A DNA stretch of 64,000 nucleotides from a virus. This document shows, in pieces, positions 57,496 through 64,000 of this stretch. How positions within the stretch are numbered: the first letter of the stretch is position 1; every line of letters begins with the position of its first letter. The stretch lies in the IMG/VR virus record IMGVR_UViG_2675903591_000001, positions 5,429-69,428 of that record; one strand, 5' to 3'. The position numbers and the translations under genes are program-made. Under the pieces are notes generated by a model that saw nothing but the letters and a program-made list of their open reading frames with translations, was not told the DNA's origin and searched no databases.

Positions 57496-57647
57496 TGATC
57501 CGCAACATTCGCCTCGGTGCTGCCGGATTTTTTGCACTGCTTGCGGTCATGGTTGATTTTGCCAGCCGGCTGTTGTCTGTGCTTACCGATGGCGCATTGC
57601 TGGCGGTAGCAGTTGTCATTCTCCTACCGCTACTGAAAAAGCAGTAA
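57495..57647 (+). CDS. small membrane protein (50 aa), not in the ORF track
   Basis: TGATG overlap with the upstream gene; hydrophobic. Confidence 0.3.
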   Translation: MIRNIRLGAAGFFALLAVMVDFASRLLSVLTDGALLAVAVVILLPLLKKQ

Positions 57648-57649
57648 CC

Positions 57650-57676
57650 AAAGGCGTCTTCGGACGCCTTTTTAGT
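57650..57676 (+). terminator. terminator AAAGGCGTC-TTCG-GACGCCTTTTT
   Basis: perfect stem with a T-run. Confidence 0.7.
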
Positions 57677-57794
57677 CGCTCTACCCCCCTGCCCAAGCCG
57701 AATCAAATTGCTTAGTGGCCTTCTCCGATGGTGGCAATATACATCCATCGAGAAAACAAATTGTTATCACCAATAAGAAAACAAGGAAAAGCAC

Positions 57795-58334
57795 ATGTGT
57801 ATTTTATGCGAATTAAAAAAAGCTGCCGCCAAGCAATCTGAAGAGCGCACCTCTGAAATCAACCTCTCAGAAGTGGCCAAACATGCTCGCGCGATCGTCA
57901 GCAAAGAGAATGTGCATCCTATGCAAGCTATTGCAGCACTGCAATTCCTGATGCCGGTAATGAAAGACCCGGAGATGATGCTGGAGTTGCTTATTAAAGC
58001 TGACGATGAAGCCCAAGCAAACAAAGCACCGCGTACTGGTGATAGCACTGTAGGCTCAAACCAACGTGCAGAAGAACTGGAAAAAGAAGTAGCCCGTCTC
58101 AATGCCCAGACCAATCTGCAGGCCACCAATGGCAAAGCAATGGGTGACGCTCTGGCATCGTTAAGCGCGAGTATGAATATCGAGCTGCCGGTTCTGGATG
58201 GGTCAAACCCTCGTTCCACGGTAAAAGCTTTGTCGGCCGTGGCTGACAAACTCGAAAGCCATAAAGCAGGCATTGAGTTCTGGATGCGTGAAATCACCAA
58301 CCGCTACGATCTGAACAAAACGACCTCTCATTAA
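57795..58334 (+). CDS. hypothetical protein (179 aa)
   Basis: GGAAAAGCACATG start. Confidence 0.5.
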   Translation: MCILCELKKAAAKQSEERTSEINLSEVAKHARAIVSKENVHPMQAIAALQFLMPVMKDPEMMLELLIKADDEAQANKAPRTGDSTVGSNQRAEELEKEVARLNAQTNLQATNGKAMGDALASLSASMNIELPVLDGSNPRSTVKALSAVADKLESHKAGIEFWMREITNRYDLNKTTSH

Positions 58335-58376
58335 TTTAAAATGGGCGCTACGGCGCCCATCTCATTTAGGTAAATT

Positions 58377-58979
58377 ATGGACATCATCATCGACAAAGCT
58401 CGCACTTATGCGACCGCTGCTCACGGCGCTGTTGGTCAACGCCGCAAGTACACTAACGAGCCATACATCACCCACCCAACCGCTGTTGCCGAGCTGGTTC
58501 GTGCGCATGGCGGAACCAGAGACATGATTGCGGCCGCGTATCTTCACGATGTCATTGAAGACACTCAGTTGACCTTTGACGATCTGAAAGAGGCGTTTGG
58601 CGAGAGTATTGCGTGGAAGGTTGACGCATTGACTAATAAAGCCGGCAAAGAAGATGGCAACCGCGTACAGCGTTTTGTTATCAACTGCCGCGCGCTGATT
58701 AATAGCCTCGATGAAGAAACGATGGTGATTAAGCTGTGTGATCTGCTGCATAACACCTCTTCCATCGTTGAGCATGACCACGGATTCGCTGCGATCTACC
58801 TCGCTGAAAAAGAGTTCATGATGGATGAAATCTTTGGCCTGATGGAGGGCTGTCTGGCCGACATTGTCCGTGCAAAATTAGTGTGGGGCTATGAGCAGTT
58901 GAGCACCAGCTTCAAGGCGCGCCATTTGAAGCATCTGCGCACTATCCAGACTGCGTGGAGTGAACAAGATGCAGCATGA
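58377..58979 (+). CDS. HD-domain (p)ppGpp hydrolase (SpoT/Mesh1-like small alarmone hydrolase)
   Basis: HD motif AAYLHDVIEDT with upstream His and downstream Asp, typical of the RelA/SpoT hydrolase domain. Confidence 0.7.
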   Translation: MDIIIDKARTYATAAHGAVGQRRKYTNEPYITHPTAVAELVRAHGGTRDMIAAAYLHDVIEDTQLTFDDLKEAFGESIAWKVDALTNKAGKEDGNRVQRFVINCRALINSLDEETMVIKLCDLLHNTSSIVEHDHGFAAIYLAEKEFMMDEIFGLMEGCLADIVRAKLVWGYEQLSTSFKARHLKHLRTIQTAWSEQDAA

Positions 58980-59709
58980 GACCACCAGCACACTCGATCG
59001 CCAGGCGTTGATGGAGACGTTTCTAAAGGGTGTGCCAACCGAAGAGCTTCTCAACCACGATATTAACAGTTGGTATGCGCACAAAGCGCAAGAGCAAGCC
59101 GAGGAAATGCGCGATGAAATGGACTCACCCGCTGGTGGACTTTTGAAATTCCTAAGTAGTGGGCCGATGTCAGGTATGGCAGCAATGATGTTCGCCAGGG
59201 AGTTTAAGGACACACCGGCCAAAAACTATTATGAGCTGGTATATCAATTGCCTGAAATGGGGGCTTTCACGGTCACTATCCAGCGTAATGATGGAGAGAC
59301 GCCAGCTCTTCAACTGGCCGCAGCCAAAGACCGTATTGCCATGCTCGAAGAATCACACGCTCAGGTGATTCAGGCGCGTGATTTGTACAAGCAGAGCTGG
59401 CAGCTGTCATCTCTACAATCCATGTCACGATCATTCCGCGAGGCAGTGAGAGCGGCGCGCAAGGTGTGGCTCGATGAGAATGACCCAAAGGACGGCACTG
59501 ACTGCGTCACACCATTCGACCAGTTCCTATACACGGAAGTTATTTCTGGCGAGGGTGTCGATTTGCCAGACCTCTTCGAGCTGATGGAGTGGGCGAAATA
59601 CCCAGCCGATGGGCGCGATCTCAACTCAGTGGCTAAGGGCAAGATGTCACGTCTTATTCTGGCCGCGACCGGTTTGGGGGATGCGTCACTTACAGTAAGC
59701 GATCGGTAA
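58960..59709 (+). CDS. hypothetical protein (249 aa)
   Basis: ORF. Confidence 0.45.
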   Translation: MNKMQHETTSTLDRQALMETFLKGVPTEELLNHDINSWYAHKAQEQAEEMRDEMDSPAGGLLKFLSSGPMSGMAAMMFAREFKDTPAKNYYELVYQLPEMGAFTVTIQRNDGETPALQLAAAKDRIAMLEESHAQVIQARDLYKQSWQLSSLQSMSRSFREAVRAARKVWLDENDPKDGTDCVTPFDQFLYTEVISGEGVDLPDLFELMEWAKYPADGRDLNSVAKGKMSRLILAATGLGDASLTVSDR

Positions 59710-60951
59710 TTCCTTCAGACATGTGGTGTAGCGCGGGGAAAGCATCTCGCGCTTCATCTGCCATTGGTTATCAACCCCCTGCCCTGCGAACCAAACCTTC
59801 CCCAACCCTGTTTTATTAATCTTGTCGATGACACCCATTAGCTCATCTGCTTTGGCTCGCGGCTGGTGCTCGCTGAACATATCCAATTGAGCGACACCGC
59901 CCTGGAAGAAGTCACCGAGCATGATACCCGCGCGCGCGTAACGATAGCCATCACGCCATATCCTTTTCAGACACTGCATGGCAAACGCTACAATGTCACG
60001 CGTGTCGGCAGTCGAGTACTCGCAGGTGATCGAAGAGCTGTTGCCATATTGAGGCTCATTGGCGTAGCGGCTCGTTGCAATGAAAACAGTAATAAGCCGG
60101 CAACGTGATTTTTGTTCTCTCAATTTCTCTGAGGCACGAACGGCATAAGTGCAAACGGCATGTTCCATGTCTTCCAGGCGCTCAACGCGCTGCCCAAAGG
60201 ATTTGGAGGTGACGATCTGCTGCTTTGGTGGCGGCTGCTCTTCAAGTGGGATGCACGATTCACCATTCAGCTCACGGACGGTGCGCTCAAGCACTACACC
60301 GAAATGTTTGCGGATCATCGTCGTGTTGGCCTGTGCCAGCTGTAGCGCCGTTTCAATGCCCATCTGGTTGAGCCTCTTAGTTAATCGGCTCCCAACACCC
60401 CAGACATCACTTACATCGACGAGAGCCATCAGTTTGCGCTGTCGCACCGGGCTGGATAAGTCCAGCACCCCGTTTGTTTTTGACCATTTTTTGGCAGCGT
60501 GATTTGCCAGCTTTGCCAAAGTTTTACTTTGCGCAAACCCCACACCTACGGTTAGAAACGTTTCTTTTTTGATGCGATCTCGAAGCTGATGCCCAAAATC
60601 TTCAAGAGGTATACAACTGGAAATGCCTGTTACATCGAGAAAACTTTCGTCAATGCTGTAAATTTCTTGGCCTGGCGCCATCTCACCCATGATGGTCATC
60701 ATTCGTCGGCTCATGTCGGCATACAGAGCATAATTGCTGGAAAAGACCACTACGCCCTTCTCTTCAAAGAAACGCTCGTTTTTGAACAGTGGATCACCCA
60801 TTTTTATGCCAAATTTCTTGGCTTCAGCTGACCGTGCCACGATGCAGCCATCGTTGTTAGAACAGACCACAACTGGCTTCCCGCGCAAGTCAGGTCGAAA
60901 AATGGTCTCACATGAAGCGTAGAACGAATTTGCATCAACAAGGGCAAACAT
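59686..60951 (-). CDS. umuC: Y-family translesion DNA polymerase, UmuC-like
   Basis: N-terminal MFALVDANSFYASCE and the conserved Y-family palm and fingers. Confidence 0.85.
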   Translation of the reverse strand: MFALVDANSFYASCETIFRPDLRGKPVVVCSNNDGCIVARSAEAKKFGIKMGDPLFKNERFFEEKGVVVFSSNYALYADMSRRMMTIMGEMAPGQEIYSIDESFLDVTGISSCIPLEDFGHQLRDRIKKETFLTVGVGFAQSKTLAKLANHAAKKWSKTNGVLDLSSPVRQRKLMALVDVSDVWGVGSRLTKRLNQMGIETALQLAQANTTMIRKHFGVVLERTVRELNGESCIPLEEQPPPKQQIVTSKSFGQRVERLEDMEHAVCTYAVRASEKLREQKSRCRLITVFIATSRYANEPQYGNSSSITCEYSTADTRDIVAFAMQCLKRIWRDGYRYARAGIMLGDFFQGGVAQLDMFSEHQPRAKADELMGVIDKINKTGLGKVWFAGQGVDNQWQMKREMLSPRYTTCLKELPIAYCK

Positions 60952-60972
60952 TTGACGGCCTTACTATGATAA

Positions 60973-60988
60973 CTGTACGTATATACAG
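60973..60988. promoter_or_regulatory. LexA (SOS) box CTGTACGTATATACAG, 22 bp upstream of umuC
   Basis: perfect CTGT-N8-ACAG with an AT-rich palindromic spacer. Confidence 0.65.
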
Positions 60989-61045
60989 TTATTTTAGGTC
61001 GTCTTTTGCATAACGCCAAGCTAAACGGGGCAAATTGCCCCTAAG

Positions 61046-61696
61046 TTAGTAGTCTGCGAACTGAGCATATGGAATGCGAAGCCCAACGCGCTTGCCGAAA
61101 GAGTTGGCGAAAGTGTTCTGGTATTTGCTGACGTAGCGAGCTTGTAACTCAGAACCTGTCCAGCGGATGATCACCCCAGAATATCCAGTAACCGTGCCAT
61201 CATCTGAAATATTACCTGGTACTGCATTCATTAAGAACCAAGGGTTAAAACCGGGAGACGTTGAGACTGTTACATTGTCAACGTTCGAGTTTGGTTTCAG
61301 CTCAAGGAATCCCCGGATGCGTGGTGCAAGGTTAGCGCTTTTGGCACTCCATACTAAGTTTCCATTAGCATCAAGAACATCAAGATAGCCACTTTGAATA
61401 GGTACATTTCGGCTTGTTCGTAAGATACGACCGCTGTTGTTCTGGAAGGACTGGGCGCCAGGGAAGCAGAACGCGCCCGGATTAAGCTGAACCCAGTATA
61501 AATATCCCGGAACTGGACTATCGGCCGGTTTCAGAAAGCCAAATGGGTAATCACCCCCAAATGGATTTTTAACCATGTAATAACCAATATCAGTAAGACC
61601 GGTTATGTTACGGACATCACTCACTAGTGTATTTCGGTGTTGCGAATCAACCTGAAGTGCCCCTGCACTGTTGTATACCTCAAACCCCATTGCCAT
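61046..61696 (-). CDS. hypothetical protein (216 aa)
   Basis: ORF with a β-rich sequence. Confidence 0.5.
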   Translation of the reverse strand: MAMGFEVYNSAGALQVDSQHRNTLVSDVRNITGLTDIGYYMVKNPFGGDYPFGFLKPADSPVPGYLYWVQLNPGAFCFPGAQSFQNNSGRILRTSRNVPIQSGYLDVLDANGNLVWSAKSANLAPRIRGFLELKPNSNVDNVTVSTSPGFNPWFLMNAVPGNISDDGTVTGYSGVIIRWTGSELQARYVSKYQNTFANSFGKRVGLRIPYAQFADY

Positions 61697-61708
61697 AACT
61701 GCATCTCC

Positions 61709-61999
61709 TTATGCGTAACTGTAAACCTCGACCGTATAGGTCTCGCCATAACTCGTCCCAAACAACCGGTAGACTGTAATTGCATTCGTGCTTGCTTCAG
61801 CAAATGCCTCAATAAATAAGTTCGGTTTGACTATCGCACCAAATGCGGTGGTTGCTGAGATGCCTGCTACTCCGACAGTTGCCGAGTTCTGCCCCCGAGG
61901 AATTGTGATGTCATAGGTTCCAATATACCTGCAATTGTAATCACTGAGATCGACGACAAGTTTGCCGCTTGCATCCCAGCATTGAAGCCCGAAAGCCAT
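61709..61999 (-). CDS. hypothetical small protein (about 96 aa from MAFGLQ)
   Basis: SD AAGGA; the upstream part of the track ORF overlaps the promoter palindromes. Confidence 0.45.
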   Translation of the reverse strand: MAFGLQCWDASGKLVVDLSDYNCRYIGTYDITIPRGQNSATVGVAGISATTAFGAIVKPNLFIEAFAEASTNAITVYRLFGTSYGETYTVEVYSYA

Positions 62000-62134
62000 G
62001 GTTAAAATCCTTTTCAACCGTTGAAAGTCTTGACATTTTACAATTAGCATGACGCCGTAAACAAATTGTTTTATGTCGTGTCTTATATGGAATAATAACA
62101 CCAATAAGAAAACAATTTGTTTAATGGTGGGTAA

Positions 62135-63160
62135 ATGAGCGCAGCACTCTCAATCATCGAAGCATCATCCCCTGGCAGCAGCGTGGCATTCCGCGAAGAG
62201 CTGGCGATAATCAATAACATCGTAGCTGAGTGCGATCGTGAGATTGCCCTGATGCACGAGGTGCACGGCTACGTTTATGGTGATGACCGTTATCAGATGA
62301 TTAATCGTTTGTTGGAACTGAACCACCAGCCAGATTGCAATGCGCGCCCGGGAAGCACCCTCTCCAAAGTTAACTTGCAGCATGTGAAGGAAAACATTCA
62401 CGCGCGTTACTGGCAGCGGGTTACGGAAATGACCAATGTCTTAATGATCATGCCAGCTGCGCGCCGCGAGGAATGGCGAGAGCAGTTTATCCAGGGGAAG
62501 ATAGAAGTTTCCGAAGAACGCAAAACGGGAATGTTCAAGGACACGTACCGAGCTAAGAAGTATGTAGGCGTCCCGGAGTTCACCCTTCAAACAGTTGTGC
62601 CGACAATGGTCTCGTTATTGAATGACCGCCACAAGTACCTGGTCGAGCGTGTGCATGGCTTATTCAAGGCACTCAGCCCACACCACAAAACTAACAAGGT
62701 GTTTGGCTTTTCTGAAAAGATGATCATCTCCTATGTCTTTACCGACTACTGGAATGACAGCGTTTCAATCAACCACCGCAAAGAGGATGTGCTCGACGAC
62801 CTGCGAGTGATGCTTCACTTCTTCGCGCATCAGGAAATTACAGAGGTGGCGCCGTCACGTCATGTGTTTAGCGCGCTTTACCGTGACAACAAGGCAATGA
62901 ACACCTGGTACAGCATCGACGGCAACTTGATGCGAGTGAAGATGTTCAAGAACGGCAACCTGCACATTCAGGTTCACCCGGACGTAGCCTGGAAACTCAA
63001 TGAAGTTCTGGCGGTGGCCATGCCGGCCTCAATCCCGTCAGAGCTTCGTAAGCCACCTGCAAAGAGCGCCCCGCCAAAAGAGTTTGGGCATGTTCACACG
63101 GAAGTGAGCAGCCAGGCGAGAAGAGCGTTATCAACGATGAGTAATCGTTACGGCAGCTAG
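62135..63160 (+). CDS. hypothetical protein (341 aa)
   Basis: two GAAAACAA-type palindromes upstream. Confidence 0.5.
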   Translation: MSAALSIIEASSPGSSVAFREELAIINNIVAECDREIALMHEVHGYVYGDDRYQMINRLLELNHQPDCNARPGSTLSKVNLQHVKENIHARYWQRVTEMTNVLMIMPAARREEWREQFIQGKIEVSEERKTGMFKDTYRAKKYVGVPEFTLQTVVPTMVSLLNDRHKYLVERVHGLFKALSPHHKTNKVFGFSEKMIISYVFTDYWNDSVSINHRKEDVLDDLRVMLHFFAHQEITEVAPSRHVFSALYRDNKAMNTWYSIDGNLMRVKMFKNGNLHIQVHPDVAWKLNEVLAVAMPASIPSELRKPPAKSAPPKEFGHVHTEVSSQARRALSTMSNRYGS

Positions 63161-63289
63161 TCGTATAGTCATCATGGTTTATCCAAATCAGAGATAGAGA
63201 AGGCTGACGCTGTCATTAAGCGGATCGGCGGCGTTCAAACCAGCAGCCATTGCTTTAAATTCCCATATGAGCCTGGCAACATCATTAGC

Positions 63290-63820
63290 ATGATCATGGC
63301 CACCGGTCAGATACCGGATGTAGTTGCCCACCAGTTCTACCCTACCCCAAAAACAATCGCAGATTATATTGCGGCGGCGCTCAATATGAAGCCAGGCGAA
63401 ACACTGCTTGAGCCTTCAGCTGGTCGAGGTGATTTGTTGGCGTCCGTTCCGTTGGCAAGCGAGTTCGCGACCTGCATTGAAGTGGCTCCGTTGTTTGCTG
63501 AAATCTTAAAAGAGAAAGGCTACCAAGATGTTCATAACGCCGACTTCATTGCCTGGTCGAAAGACTATGCCCAGATGAAGTTCGATAAGATCGCCATGAA
63601 TCCGCCTTACTCCGAAGGCCGTGCCAAAGCTCACACACTCACCGCTCTGGAACATCTGAATGTTGGTGGCCGGCTGGTGGCAGTCCTGCCTGGTGTGCCA
63701 AACCTGACAGAGTGGATTGATGAACGTCGATTTGCGTGTGTGATCGGTAAGACATTTGAGAGAGAGTTTGAGGACACCGGCGTAACAGTGACGGTCTGTA
63801 TCTTTAAGCGCATCAGCTAA
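63290..63820 (+). CDS. small N6-adenine DNA methyltransferase (gamma-class motif order)
   Basis: motifs in the order FYPTP (X), LEPSAGRGDL (I), NPPYS (IV). Confidence 0.7.
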   Translation: MIMATGQIPDVVAHQFYPTPKTIADYIAAALNMKPGETLLEPSAGRGDLLASVPLASEFATCIEVAPLFAEILKEKGYQDVHNADFIAWSKDYAQMKFDKIAMNPPYSEGRAKAHTLTALEHLNVGGRLVAVLPGVPNLTEWIDERRFACVIGKTFEREFEDTGVTVTVCIFKRIS

Positions 63821-63825
63821 ATAAA

Positions 63826-63850
63826 GGGCTTCTTCGGAAGCCTTTTTTTA
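63826..63850 (+). terminator. terminator AAAGGGCTTC-TTCG-GAAGCCTTTTTTT
   Basis: perfect stem with a T-run. Confidence 0.7.
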
Positions 63851-63912
63851 TGACTTCGCTCCCGCTTTCACGCATTAGATAATTACACCACTTAGAAAAC
63901 AAAGGAATAAAT

Positions 63913-64000
63913 CATGTGCATTATGGCAGCAGCTCGGGCAGTACGTGCGGATCGTCACTTAAACAAATACATCCGCTACAACGGCATGGCGTTATCAAAA
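63913..64000 (+). CDS. 5' end of an ORF that runs off the window
   Basis: AATAAATCATG start context; truncated. Confidence 0.3.

Noticed and set aside
1-64000. Chromosomally integrated prophage
   Set aside because: An iteron replicon, parA with a partner gene, and no host flanks or att duplications in the window point to an extrachromosomal phage-plasmid. Integration cannot be excluded from 64 kb alone

Overview
The window looks like a backbone segment of a P1/SSU5-type phage-plasmid (an extrachromosomal temperate element) from an enterobacterial host. Genes are densely packed and mostly on the + strand. From left to right: a ParA partition ATPase and a small partner protein; a DnaB-like helicase, a primase and an ATP-dependent DNA ligase; a glutaredoxin; a tyrosine recombinase and a divergent XRE/CI-like repressor with a 29-bp palindrome beside them; a vWA protein paired with an AAA+ ATPase (CobT/CobS-like); a DNA polymerase III alpha subunit split into two same-frame genes; a T4 gp32-like single-strand binding protein (weak identification), a flap endonuclease and a RecA/UvsX-like recombinase; a P1-style replicon (repA between a 5-copy and a 9-copy iteron block, plus a GATC cluster); SbcCD, a RuvC-like resolvase, NrdA/NrdB, a MazG-like pyrophosphohydrolase, thymidylate synthase, DHFR, a dNMP kinase, a DEDDh exonuclease, two N6-adenine methyltransferases, an HD-domain (p)ppGpp hydrolase, and a UmuC-like polymerase behind a perfect LexA box. 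The most interesting feature is a visibly AT-rich three-gene operon on the - strand (24997..27174), inserted between + strand backbone genes. It encodes a 3-TM membrane protein, a class III nucleotidyl cyclase (Pycsar PycC-like) and a protein with a C-terminal PD-(D/E)xK nuclease-like domain. The genes are translationally coupled and bracketed by a terminator and a promoter region. I interpret this as a candidate new cyclic-nucleotide-based anti-phage defence system. Other notable points: three recurring intergenic motif families (a TAGGTAGT-NN-ACTACCTA palindrome, a GAAAACAA-N-TTGTTTTC palindrome, and a conserved GGAAAA(G/A)CACATG start context); short upstream ORFs coupled by ATGA overlap to the helicase and primase starts; two structured non-coding regions (about 10.04-10.39 kb and 54.6-55.2 kb); and several AT-rich single genes on the - strand that look like acquired cargo. 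No rRNA, tRNA or CRISPR array was recognised.
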